Below are positions 25,237 through 37,470 of a stretch of 63,907 nucleotides of DNA, in pieces. The stretch lies in NCBI RefSeq assembly GCF_000143415.4, contig NW_003314294.1, forward strand, positions 811,546 to 875,452, given 5' to 3'. The notes beneath the pieces are model-generated. The model was not told the origin of the DNA and made no database searches. It was given only the letters and a program-made list of their open reading frames with translations. Origin of the DNA: Selaginella moellendorffii. Taxonomy: Eukaryota > Plantae > Lycopodiophyta. Position 1 is the stretch's first letter; the number at the start of each line of letters is the position of its first letter. Made by a program: the position numbers and the translations under genes.

Positions 25237-25890
25237 ATGGCTCTCTCCACAGCTCTCACTCTTTCGATTGCTTTGCTCGCATTGTTCGTGTGCGCGGTAG
25301 TTTCATCTGATCCGGATCCACTCCAGGACTTTTGCATCGGAGATCTCAGCGCCGTCCCTGGGATTAATGGATTCCCATGCCGGAACGCCTCCACAGTCAC
25401 CGTGGACGATTTCATCTACAGCGGAATCGTCAACTCCTCCAACACCACAAACATCAATCGCTCCGGCGCAATCTTTGGAACCGTGCTGAGGTTCCCAGGC
25501 CTCAACACCTTGGGTCTCTCCATCGCCAGGCTCGACTTCCTCCCCGAAGGAATCATCCCTCCACACACCCATCCTCGAGCCTCGGAGATGGTCTATGTAG
25601 AAGAAGGGAGCGTCTACGCCGCCATTGTCACTGCGGACAATCGCCTGTTTGCTCGTGTGATGAGCAGGGGAGAAGTCATGGTGATTCCGCGCGGATTGAT
25701 CCACTGGCAGATGAACGTTGGAAGAACAAACGCCAAGGTCATCGCCACTCTCAACTCTCAGCTTCCCGGAATCCAATTCATTGCCAGATCCATGTTTGGA
25801 GCGCAGCCAGAGGTCCCCGACGAGGTGCTCGAGAAGACTTTCTTCTTGGACGAGCGTACCATCAGCCAAGTCCGATCAAACTTTGTTTGA
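25237..25890 (+). CDS. Germin-like protein (cupin), secreted, single exon
   Basis: Signal peptide, DPDPLQDFC, germin box GLNTLGLSIARLDF..G..PPHTHPRASE and GEVMVIPRGLIHWQMNVG with the Mn-binding H/H/E/H intact; TATA-like TATATAG at ~25208. Confidence 0.96.
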   Translation: MALSTALTLSIALLALFVCAVVSSDPDPLQDFCIGDLSAVPGINGFPCRNASTVTVDDFIYSGIVNSSNTTNINRSGAIFGTVLRFPGLNTLGLSIARLDFLPEGIIPPHTHPRASEMVYVEEGSVYAAIVTADNRLFARVMSRGEVMVIPRGLIHWQMNVGRTNAKVIATLNSQLPGIQFIARSMFGAQPEVPDEVLEKTFFLDERTISQVRSNFV

Positions 25891-26078
25891 GATTGTCCCT
25901 CAGATTATAAAATTCTTTTCTTCTTGTCTATGAGCTTTCTCGATCGCATTGCGCTGCAAGGAAAAATTGGCCAGGATGAAGCAACCAGCGAAGCAAAGAT
26001 CACGAATGAGACTCTACCTCATTGCTGGAAAGTTCCGTCGTGGAACTCCTCTCTCGAGCAAAGATCTCACGAGCAAAG

Positions 26079-27470
26079 TCACCAATAATCTCCACAAGAG
26101 CATGCCCCGGTGCTACAGTGATGGAACCGGCTGGTGTCTCTCACCGTTATAGACCGTCTCACCATCTTGGACACAAACTTGATAGCCGAGTGGCAATTCC
26201 CACACACCCGCGAGTTCTTGAGGATTCTCAGTGGCGACCTTTCCTCCTGATCAATCTCACTGTGGTAATGCAGCAGCTCCTCCTTTTGCTCCTCGCCAAC
26301 GTCGTGAAAGATCTCCTTTGTGTCAGGAACGTAGGCATTCTCTGGAGCTCCGCGACGATGTCTTCGCTGCAACTGTGAACTTCGCATGTTGCTGATCCCT
26401 GGAACTTTCTCACTCTCCTAGGTTCCGGATCATCGACACGTCCCTCCCCCCGATCGACGAGTACATGTTGGAGAGCACGACGTGGGGAGCGCTCAGAGTT
26501 CTCCAGATCAACCCATGCTATCCAGTACTCTGCACCATTCCAAAGTCCTGGCTGATCGAGACGAAGTGTTCCCATCCCTCGGCTGCACGAAGTTAGAACG
26601 TCACCTCGTTGGGCTCCTCGCGGTTCCTCATCTGGAAGACCTCCACTGCTTGATCGTAGTGCCCAAGCTCCGGATCTTCATCCTCTCAAACACGCCCCTA
26701 GCGTAAACTTGCGCGAGAGCCGTCCAGCAGGCGATAGTCTCTCGTGGAAGAAACTCACGGCCTCGTCGAAATGCCCATTCTCGCCAAGTGCGAGGAGCAT
26801 CAAGCTCCACGAGACTGGATTCTCCTCCGGGACTTGATCGAAGGTGTTCTTCCGAGGGCGACGAAGCCTTCGTGGCCATGAGCTCGCATGATCCGGGATG
26901 GAATCTCTCGCGGTGGCCAGATCCCCTCTGGTGTAAGGGGAGCCAATGGAAGGCCTTTCAGATTCTACCAAAAGTCCACTCTGTGGTAGCACAATAGTAG
27001 ATTTTTCCACGACACAAGATCCTTGGCTGGCATTCGATCGAAAGTCGACTTCGCTGCCTCGTTTGCCCCTGGTGGGCGTGCGCCATGATTATCGAGTTCC
27101 ATGTCACGGCCTGGCGCTCTGAGACGCGATCAAGCGTCCCCTGGCAGTCGCAGAGCCCAGATACCGCGACGTAGCCGGCGATCATCGAGTTCCATGACAC
27201 AAGATCACGGGACTCCACACCATCGTGCGTGTTGTTTGCATGATCCAGATGCCCCCACTGGGCATATAGTGTGATGAGTGAGTTCCAAGAGACCACGTCG
27301 CGGTCTGGCAAGGAATCGAATATCTTCTTGACTTGCCAAAAATTGGAGATCAGGATGTAATATTTCACGAGGGCGTTGCAAGACACGTGAGGCATTTGAT
27401 CTAAGAGGCTCATAGATCGCGTGATGTCCCCCTCCCTGGCAAATGCGATCAGCATAGGCAATGCGTCCCC
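26079..27470 (-). pseudogene. PLS-DYW PPR RNA-editing factor, frameshifted
   Basis: PPR repeats (RDVVSWNSLIT, RDLVSWNSMIAGY) in several frames; terminal DYW domain HSE...LRILKNSRVCGNCH...RFHH...CSCGDYW with internal deletions. Confidence 0.88.
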
Positions 27471-27699
27471 AGCTGGATGGGAAGAGGTGCCAGAGATGTC
27501 CAAATTGGAATTAATTAGGGTCTTTAAATATGAGGCAATTATAATGTCTTGGACAATGTACCCCATACACAAAGGTAGGAAACACCATACAACCATCAAA
27601 CTATTGGATAATTGTGGTTTCCAGCATCTTTATTAAAGTCTTTGCAAAATAAATTGAAAAAGAGTGATCACTATAAGCTAAATTGAACCACATCTATGC

Positions 27700-28900
27700 T
27701 ACAAGCTAAGTAGAATTCAGAAAGACTTATCATATTCTTATAGTATGGATCCTACTTGAACAAATAAAACTTGAATACAACGAAGTGGTATTACGTGGTT
27801 TTATAGACTTCAAGCAAGCTTTTGATACAATACTATAGCACTTACTTATTATCTACTTTGCTAGAACTTAATTTTAATATATGTAGTTATAGGATAAGAT
27901 TTGGATATATTAATAATTATTTATTATCCACTTGTTGGAATTAGATTGTAATATATGTGGTTATAGGATGAAATTTGAATATATTATCACTGGGGAAATA
28001 TTATATAAATAGTATAAGAGCTTTCTCATTAAGCAATTGCAACTTGCTTAAGGGGACAAAAATAAGATACATTATATGTAATATCAGTATAAGTTTGATT
28101 CTTATTGATTAGTAACTACCAAAAATATAATATACTTTTGAACAAGTACTTTGTCAGTTTAGTATTGTCCATTGGATTAAAGGTTTGATATATTCCCACT
28201 TTGTATTTGAATTGGCTTGATATTGTCTATCAAGTTTGGTATTTATTTTTTTGGTAATAATTAGGATCTACTATAAGACAAGTGGGTCAAATAAATAACA
28301 TCAAAGGCTCCCTTTTCTAATTAGTTTAAGAAACAAAGATAAAATACATTACATTGATACTACTTAGACATTTGAGTAGCATCATTATTGAGATATATAT
28401 GTCTGTGCAACTCCAAATGGAAATAGTCCCTTCAACAATAGGTGTCTGCCAAGGCTGCCCACTCTCTCCTATTCTCTTTGCCATATATATTGGGGCACTA
28501 GAGACAATGATCAAAGGAGAGGCACTTAGCTTATACCAGCTCTCGGGACTCTACCTATTCCTACTCCTCTATGCAGATGACTTGCTGCTACTAGCACCAA
28601 ATGCGTTGACATGCAAAAGACACAAGACAACCAAGTATGCAAGTTAACCTCACTAAGACACAGATTATGGAGTTTAGCAATCCCAAATCATATATCTGTT
28701 TCTACGGAAATTGTTCAAGAAACTAACATATATAAAAACCTTGGCATATGTCATGCACCACCACAACACTTCTGAAGGGATCAAAAATCGTGTCAAAGCA
28801 GCCCAGATGGTATTATGCAATGCAATCAGACTGCCACAATCATGGTATCACTGACTATGCATGTGAGATCACAGTACCAGGGCTACCTGCCTCAGTGATT
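27700..28900 (+). mobile_element. LINE (non-LTR) reverse transcriptase remnant
   Basis: GFIDFKQAFDT at ~27797-27828; GVCQGCPLSPILFAIYI and LLYADDLLLL at 28441-28590; interrupted by ~500 bp of AT-rich DNA. Confidence 0.8.
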
Positions 28901-28910
28901 TATGAGGCTA

Positions 28911-31086
28911 CTAATATAAAATGACTAACCACCAGAAGAATTTCTTAGCTTTGTCTCTTACTTGCTTGACAATGGCTGCAACGATCTCATGGTTTTGACG
29001 TCCACAAAGCGCAAAGCATTCATTTCCCAGGAGCTCTTGGTCGCCATTTCCATCCTCGAGCAAGCAGCACATTGCCATGAGAGTCTTGCTAAAACCAGGA
29101 GCCGTCGAGTGAAGAGCTCGAGCGATGTCTTCCTTCAAAGGCATCGTTTTTTCTCTTTGCAAAGCCTCCTTTCTCAGATGCAAAGACAAGTAAGCCAGGC
29201 AGTAGGACGTCCGGATCCACTGCCTCTCGGCCTCTCTCAAATCCATATCACAAACTTTGCACTCCAGCTCCACTGCTACTTCCCCCATCTCCTCGTGAAA
29301 CTCGGACTCCACCACTGAGGTAGCATTGAGCAGCGCATCAAATCTCTGGCTCACATCCCGGAGCTCTTCTTCCAATCGTTCTTCCAGAGTACACCTCTCG
29401 CACCGGCAGTTTACTCTGATGGAGTCCCGCCTCATCGGGTTCCAGGGAGCGAGAGCACTTCCATATGATCGAACGAGCTCGGTCCCGGCCTCCAGATCTC
29501 TCGCAGCCACCACCAAAAGAGCCTTTCCAACGCAGTGGACACCAACATTTGGAAGGCACGAATGGTTGATGAAACCGGGAAGCGTCCACAGGCCATCGAA
29601 GTCTCCGACAACAAGAGGGTCGTCGTCTGCCTCTCCATTCTCGTTGACGCAGTGAAGGATGTTTGCAATGCGAGTAACGTCGAGGAGGAGCTCTTTGTGG
29701 TCGAGCTCGTGTGTGATTCGGCTGGAAGAACTCCATCTCTGGGACGTTGTCCTTGTCGATGCTTAGTCCTGTGACGGGATCGCTCTCGGCCAAGCTGTAG
29801 ACTTGTGTTAGAGTCTTTGGAGAAGCCATGCACGCCCTCAGCACCGCCGTGAGAAGAGTTCCAAACTTATCCGCCTCCAAGACCGGGCACTCCTCGTCTG
29901 GAAAAACCACTGCCACCGCGTTGCTGACGAGAAGAAGTTGTCCCAAAGCGACGTTTTCGGTGAGAAAGAGGCCCCTCCCTCGGCCATCTTGAGTCATCGC
30001 CACCTTCACGGGACCAACAAAATCTGCAAGTTCTGGAGCGTGGTCATCTCCCAAGCCTCCTCCAGCCGCGAGGTAATGCAGGGAGAGGGAGAGATCGTAA
30101 ACGCCACGCTCACTCTGCTCCCTGAAACGCAGTGAAGCATCGTATAAGCTCCTGTAAGCCGGCGAGGCTTCCACTTCGACCACCTCTTTGAAGCACGAGC
30201 TGGATAATCCATACTGCTTGAGCCCGAGCACCGCCGCTCCTTGTACTGCGAGGCCCTTCAAGTCGCGAGGATCCAGTGCCAGTGCCTTTTCGACGTCGGC
30301 CAGAGCTCCTTCGTATCGCTCAAGCTTGATCCGTGCCTCGGCTCGCCTCACGAGAGCCACCACCATCTTCGTCTCGTCTCCACGTGCTTGGAGACACTCG
30401 AGGCAGCGAGTGAAGAGATCCGCCGCAGCCAAGTAGTTCTTCCTCTCGTCGAGTTCCTTGCTCCCCCAGCCGATAAAAACATCCGGGTCGCCAACTTCCA
30501 TTCGAGGAAAGCAAGAGACGATCTCGAGCGAGAGTGGATTTGGAACCCAGACTGCCAGGCCTTGGCAAAACTCCGCTTCCACCAGGCATGGGTTCTTCAG
30601 GAAAAACCTCCGCGCCCTGTGGAAAATCCTTGCCACTTCTTCCTGCGAGGAATTCCAGAACAGCGAGTTGAGAGCCAAGAGCCTCGCCATCCTTCCACTG
30701 TCATCTTCCGGTGCCATCACGGCCACATTGGAGCAGCGAAAGGCCTCCACTCGGAGAAACCCGTGAAGAACACTGCCTGGATTGGGTCGGCCGGGCTCCA
30801 GATCCACAAGCCCCACATTCTTGCAGAGAGTGGATCGACTCGTGACCAGCGGCACTGGAATGGAGGACAGCCCGTCCATATAGCTAGAGACGCAGCCGCG
30901 ATACGTACCCTGGCTCTTGCTCGCCGCTTCCATGGCGGCGGAATCCTGGTAGAGCTGCTTGTGCGCGGCGATGACGCCGCCGGAGCTGAAGCTCCGGAGC
31001 GCCGCCAGCGCCGCCTCATCTGCCTGGAATACGCCGCTGATTGTTTTCCTTAAATTAGAAAGCAAGAACCCTAATATTAGTTTCAA
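28911..31086 (-). CDS. TPR + SET domain protein (putative lysine methyltransferase), intronless, one frameshift at ~29709-29715
   Basis: TPR (RRAEARIKLERYEGALADVEKALALDP); SET-N (DGRGRGLFLTENVALGQLLLVS); in the second frame GLWTLPGFINHSCLPNV...AARDLEAGTELVRSY and post-SET CRCERC. Start codon uncertain (first in-frame ATG ~30933). Confidence 0.85.
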
Positions 31087-31298
31087 GCATTTTTATTGGT
31101 TTTCTTTTAAAAGGTGTAAAAAATATACCTAAAATATTTAAGTAGGTTTTACAGTTATGATTTCCTTGTGTTAATCTCTTCTCTAGTTCGTTTTGTAATT
31201 AATTTTTAACACTAGTGTTTATACTTACCACTAACTAATCATGAGCTATCCATTAATCTAAAATCTAATTATAACTTAATTAAATTTAGGGTTCTTAC

Positions 31299-32020
31299 AT
31301 GATGGCAATCAAACTCTCGTTCTTTGTGGCGCCAAACTGTCGGTCTTTTGTGGCTGCTCTCAAGACCTGCTCGTTGCTCTCGGCCATGGAGGAGGGAAAG
31401 CTGAAGGTCGTCAAGGTGGAGTGTATGGAGAAAGGTATGGAGATTTTCTCCAGGGCAGCAAAGGCTGGCTATGATGGATACTTTCGTGGAGAACAGCACC
31501 ATCAGCATGTTTGCCAAGTGTGAAAGCTTGAGAATGGCTTGCAAGGTTTTCGATAAGATGACCACTCGCAGTGTTGTCTCGTGGAACGCACTGATACCCG
31601 GATATGCAGAGAATGGCGGTGGTGATCTAGCTCTGGAACTCTTAGACTCGATGAGAGAAGAAGGGATCTGCAAGCCAAACCGAGTTACTGTTCTCGCAGC
31701 ACTCAAAGCTTGCGCGAGGTTGGCGGAAGAGAATGGAAGGCTGGTTAAGGGAGACTCTGTGAAGATGAATGCATTGGAGAAAGGCATGGCTGTTCACGCT
31801 CAAGCTTTGAAGATTGGATGCAAGCTTGATACTTCCCTGGGAAACAGCCTGGTGGATATATATGCAAGCTGTGGAAGTCTGGATGCTCGAAGAGCTTTTG
31901 ACAGGACAAGGTGGCACACTGTGGTCTCCTGGAACGCATTGCTTATGGGATATGTGGGAAACGGAGAGGCACAATTGGCTTTGAGGGCTCTTCGAGCTCA
32001 TGCAGCAAGAAGCTCTGTGT
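31299..32020 (+). pseudogene. PPR gene fragment
   Basis: SMFAKCESL..ACKVFDKM..RSVVSWNALIPGYAENG; KPNRVTVLAALKAC; NSLVDIYASCGSL; frameshifts, no E/DYW end. Confidence 0.8.
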
Positions 32021-32259
32021 CCTTCAGATTGTGTCACCTTGCTCGTTGTGATTGTTGGTCTGACGGGTGCTCACGCACGTCATTTAAATATTACACTGGT
32101 CATATTACAGGGATTAGTGTCGACATAGTAGTAATGAATCCTACTTTTGGCACCAGAAGAAAGGGAGCTGATATGAAGTTCCTATCTGTAGCTTTGAAGG
32201 TACTGTGTGTGACGCTTTCTTTCTCCTTTCTCCCTCGATCGTGATGCTATATGTTGTTT

Positions 32260-33521
32260 CAGATCGCACGGACGGCTGTCCCCATAAACCCAAGTTTTTG
32301 ACGATACTGAAATGACTTTGCTGGTGGCGGAGCTGCTTTCAAGCTGTGCAGGAATCTTGGCTTCCTGAGGCTCGACCGCAATGAGCTCGAGGGACCGATC
32401 CCACAAGAGTTTGGGGAAATGACCAATCTCAGGTATTTAATTCTCACGAAGAATCTCTTAACAGGGGAGATTCCACCCAACATAGGCACCCTTTTCAGGC
32501 TGCAGTTCTTATCAACTTGGAACCTTGCCATCAACTCCAGCAAAGCCTGGAACTTTGGCTTCCAGTTATCTGGTAACAATTTTCAAGGTGAGATTCCACC
32601 ATGGTTTGGAGGCTTCAACAAAGTTCAGTCCATTGTTCTTTCTTCCAATGCCTTCTCAGGGGACATACCTGCTAGTTTGGTTGAATGCAGCGGGCTCACT
32701 TACCTTGACTTGGCCTCGAATGCGTTGACTGGAGCCATCCCAAGCTCGTTAACTACGTTGACGTTCTTGAAGTTCTTTAATGCTTCATACAACAACTTAA
32801 TCCGCACATCTCGGAATTTGACTGCTCCATGTTTTTGGGGAACCCTTCGTTGTGTGGAAAGAATAGAAACTGTCCTTCACCCACAGCTCCACCACAAGCT
32901 CCTCATCATCATCAAGCCAAATCTAAACTTCGCTGGCTTATACCAGTTATTTTAGTGGTTGTCATGATATTGATAGCATCATCTTATTACAAGTTTTTAA
33001 CAGGTAATGGACATGACAGAGAACTTTGACAATGCAAAACTACTTGGAGAAGGTGTATCAAGGTTTCATTGAAGAAGAAGTGGTGGCCATTAAAGTCTCA
33101 GGCACCAAAGTCAGGAGGATGATAATATCATCAGGAAAAGTTTCATTACAGAAGCTATGATATTGTCTAAAGTGAAGTATCGAAACATCACAAGATTGCT
33201 GGGCTATTGCTGGAGTGACACAATCAAAGCATTGGTTTCAAGCTACACGGTTCAATTGCAGACATACTGCAAAAACTTCAAGGTATCACTGCATTGACAA
33301 AACTCGATATTGCCCTTGACATCGCTCAAGGTTTACATTATATCCATTACGAGTTTGACAGCACGATCATTCACAGTGACTTCAAACCGGAGAACGTTCT
33401 ACTTGATCAAGATTTCACCGCATGTATGACAGATTTTGGAATCTCAAGACTGGTTCAGGATAGCAATAACATTGCGACAGTAAGTACTTTCAAGGGAACA
33501 ATCGGATATGCCCACCAGTAG
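32260..33521 (+). pseudogene. LRR receptor-like kinase, decayed
   Basis: LRRs (LTKNLLTGEIP, LSGNNFQGEIP, LASNALTGAIP), GNPSLCG and a TM segment in another frame, kinase IIHSDFKPENVLLD...DFGISRL...GTIGYA followed by a stop. Confidence 0.88.
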
Positions 33522-34677
33522 GCAAAATTATCTTAATAATTTATCATGTTTGAATGAACAGAGTATGCAACTTCGTCCAGTGTAGCTACCATGGGACAGC
33601 TTTGGATTCTGCTACTTGTGTTAGTAGCCAGAACATTCCAACGGATGTAGATAAGTTTGAAAGTTCTCATAGATTGGGTTATAAACGTGATGACAAGAGA
33701 CCTTGTAATAAACACCATAGAGAAATCCATTTTGCAAGCCGGGTTACTGTGCACAGCTAGAAACGTCCAACAATAAAAGAGGTGATGGCGATGCGCTTGG
33801 ACACAAAACATGCTCAGAATAAGGCTAATATTCCGTCACTCAAAGTCCACCAGACAGGTACAATCTTACTTTGGAATGCTTGTTCCTTGCTCACTTTGTC
33901 TATGATATATGATCCAGACAAAGTGAGTCAACTTGAATATGGGGATCTCTCTATGCACAATTTTGGTTGAAAATTTCTTCAGAAGTGCATTTTCAACGGA
34001 TATCAAGCACTGAACATTACACCTATATACAAATGAATATCATGTTAGTGAGAATGTAAATGCCAAGCTTTTATTACGTACCAGTCATTGCGCTTGAGCC
34101 AGCTCTCAACAAGAGGCTTGAAAAGATGGCCGTGTTGTAGTAAATGTGGATCTTTGATCATCTCTAACTTAATGGTGTGCCTAGTTCTTAGCACCTCACA
34201 CACATCGATCGAAGAAGCTGCTATGATACGGTGTCACACTTGTGCTTGAATCACGGTGTGCACCACAACAAAATCTTTCCCAAGAACTTTTGCTACAGAC
34301 ATGGAGTTTACAGTCTCATTGATTGGGGACTGGCATCTGGGCGTTGGTTTGATGATCTTCTGGGCATGGTTAACAGAGCCTGGCCGAAAACTCTGGTATA
34401 CGAGAAGGTGTCACAAATCCCCTGATGTTGAGCTCTCACCGGGATGTATATCCTTCCGTATGATCTTGTTAATGACTTGGAAGGCCTTTGATTTTGCTGT
34501 CTCAAGCTAGCCAATGGCGGAGTCCTTCCTTGGAGCGCTGTAGAGTTGCTTGCTCAGTCGTAAAGCTCTTGAGCACTCCACTGCTGCTGAGGCATTTGCT
34601 GCAAGGGGATCCCTGCATCCCTGACGATCAAAGCTGGCCTCTTGCAAAATGCGTTTTCATGTGAGCTCGAGCAAAGT

Positions 34678-35210
34678 TTGTCTCGGCATGCCATTTCATG
34701 CTCAATGTGAAACCATTCTTCCCAGTTATATTCCCTTTCCTGATTTAGTGCCATTTGACGGCATAAGTCCAAGTTTCAGCCACCACTTATCACCTTCGAG
34801 AGTTACAGATAAAACAATCGACGTAGCTTTCTGTTTCACAACCTCTTTTACCACCAATGTTTTCTCCTCAATAACTCTACATTTTAGCAGCAAAAACTCG
34901 TTTTTGATCCAGATGATTTTGATTGTGGCACCCTCGTGCCACCAGACCGTACAATTCATAGAACTGGGAGAATCGCATGATCGCTCTAATGGTTACTCGG
35001 TTGTCATCCTCATCGCGCATGAGCATTCTAACCCACTGTTTATCTGTCACCCTTCGTTCAACCATTTCCTATAGATAATTGAAATTTTATAAATTAATTT
35101 TAACAAAAAATAAAGTTAGAATCAATTTGAAGACATATTAAACCATATTAAAAATCTATCAAATTCTTCTAATATTAGTTTTTTAAAATTTAATTTGATA
35201 TTAAATAAAA
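34678..35210. repeat. Dispersed duplicate of 1-580
   Basis: Direct sequence match to the window start; part of a longer unidentified decayed coding region (~33560-35070). Confidence 0.88.
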
Positions 35211-35220
35211 CGGGATAGAT

Positions 35221-35709
35221 AATATTTAATAAAGTTGTTGGCTCAGGTTGGATCTTAAATATTACAAAATTGCTTAATAAATGTACTTCAAGTTTTTTAT
35301 GAGTTGTGGTCAGCTTGATATTTTCTGAAAAAGGCATGCCTTAGTGCTATGTAGGGCCTTGCATAGACATTAACATGTTTTAATTCTTTTACTTATTGAA
35401 AAGAAAAACATATTCTTTCTTATGCACAAGAGGGGTCACATGCAGTGTATAATAAAGTCTGGTGCTTTTGTAAGTGGCTGGTACAATTAAAAATTCCAAT
35501 TCAATTTAAATTTACAAGGATATACCCTCGCACTGAAAAAGCTCATAAAAGGATCAATGGCTGTAGAATCTCTTAAGGATTAGTAATTAGTTAAAACAAT
35601 TTTATTTTAGCTTGAGAAATCATGCTATATATATGTATATATGTGTACATACATATACATACATACATATATATACATATATATACATAAATATATGTAT
35701 ATGTGTATA

Positions 35710-35772
<63 letters not shown>

Positions 35773-36171
35773 CATGATTTCTTAAGCTAAAATAAAGCTG
35801 TTTTAACTAATGTCTTATCCCCAAAAGATTCTACAGCCATGAAATGGTACTGGCTTGATCTTTATATGAGCTTTTTCAGTGTGAGGGTATATCCTTGTAA
35901 ATTTAAATTGAATTGGAATTTTTAATTGTACCAGCCACCTATAAAGGCACCAGACTTTATTAGACACTGCATATGACCCCTCTTGTGCATATATATATTT
36001 CTTTTCAAAAACTAAAAAAAAAAATTTATTCCTATATAACACTAAGGTGTGCCTTGTTCAGAAAATATCAAGCTGACCACAACTGATAAAAAACTTAAAG
36101 TACATATTAAGCAATTTTGTAACATTTAAGATATAACACAATAAAAGAACTTAACAACTTTACTAAATACC
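35221..36171. repeat. Long inverted repeat (foldback/MITE-like) with ~400-bp arms
   Basis: 35221-35625 is the reverse complement of 35773-36171 (e.g. AGTTGTGGTCAGCTTGATATTTTCTGAA vs TTCAGAAAATATCAAGCTGACCACAACT). Confidence 0.9.
35626..35772. repeat. Compound microsatellite (TA)n/(CATA)n/(TG)n/(GATA)n forming the palindrome loop
   Basis: Visible simple repeats. Confidence 0.95.
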
Positions 36172-36849
36172 ACCACACACAAAGATACCATTGCCTTGAG
36201 ATGCTGCAAGATGCATTATTACACCAATAGAACTTGCTCCACAACACTTTGTGAGAACATATGAGTGTATTCCAACAAGATCACAGGGGATACTAGCTAT
36301 TGCAGCATTGCATGCTGCAAAACAATGGATGAAATGATCATTCAGCAATGTCAACACCATCTTCAAAAATCTCATTACCTTCCATGTCAAAAATTTGAGT
36401 AGAGGCTCCACAACAGCCCCATCCACAGCAACCAGATGGTGATCTCTAGTGGCAGCTTCCAACCCTCCCCCGAATCCCATAGCAGTAGCCAATATAATTG
36501 AAACAAACAAGAGAGTGAACCTTAGACCCTTAAGGTGTTATAACCTAAAATCCCATTAGAAAAATGGAATATTCTTAGAATATTTTTGTATTTTGTATCA
36601 TTCTCCCCTACCTCATAACCCAGCCACAGATAGTAGCCCCGAGAAGCTAAACAAGCTTCATATGAAAGGAGTCCAAAGTAATACAGCCATAGAAAAAAGA
36701 TGTTCAAACTACAACACTAATATCACGAAAAATAGCCACAAAAGAAACAAAGCAATATGGCTTTCTTACATGACAATATAGTTATGGAAAGAAGATAAAG
36801 AATAGAACAAACAACTCAAATTATATTGCAATACGGCTATAGAATTTAA

Positions 36850-37470
36850 TTCTCCCCTTCCTCAGAAATATTATTTAAGTCATAGGAAATAGTCTTTTCA
36901 CATCATTCTTAATTTCCTATATAGATTTTTCCATGAAATAACCATTCTATTGAACTAACAATTCCCAAATTGTCTTCTAGTGTGTTTTTACCAATCTTTG
37001 AGTAAAAATATTGGCCAAACTAACCTTCTCAACATCAATCTTTGGGATTTGGATGATGGACTGATTTACAACATTACTAGAGTGCAAACACACTTTAAAC
37101 TTGCTCACATAGAATATTAGATGAATTTTCAAACTAGCTGGCAAGTCCAAAATCTATGCAACATCTCCCACACATTGTAAAATTGTTTAAAACCCACAAT
37201 ACCATAGAGATAATTTAACACTTCCAACTTTTTTCAAAGACTATTGTGCATTTAACAACTTAAGAAAAACATTATCACTCTTGATAAAGATGATGTTAAT
37301 TAACCAATCTTTTGTCTCAATCTTGAGTTTGCCTCATGTTCAACTTTGCCAACTTAAACTTGTTTTGCATATCCTCCAGGAAATCACAAGCATGAGGTAC
37401 TTGAACCAAAACTAAACTCAAAGTCATAGGAGACTTAGGCTTATAGCCATACATTGCCATACATAGAGAT
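36850..37470 (-). mobile_element. Ty3/gypsy 3' pol remnant with polypurine tract
   Basis: DFLEDMQNKFKLAKLNMRQTQD and LDLPASLKIHLIFYVSKFK (post-integrase GPY/F-region-like); PPT GAGGAAGGGGAGAAT on the minus strand at ~36849-36863. Confidence 0.65.

Noticed and set aside
36163-36510. 115-aa hydrophobic ORF
   Set aside because: Non-ATG start, lies between a foldback element and a gypsy remnant, no motif.
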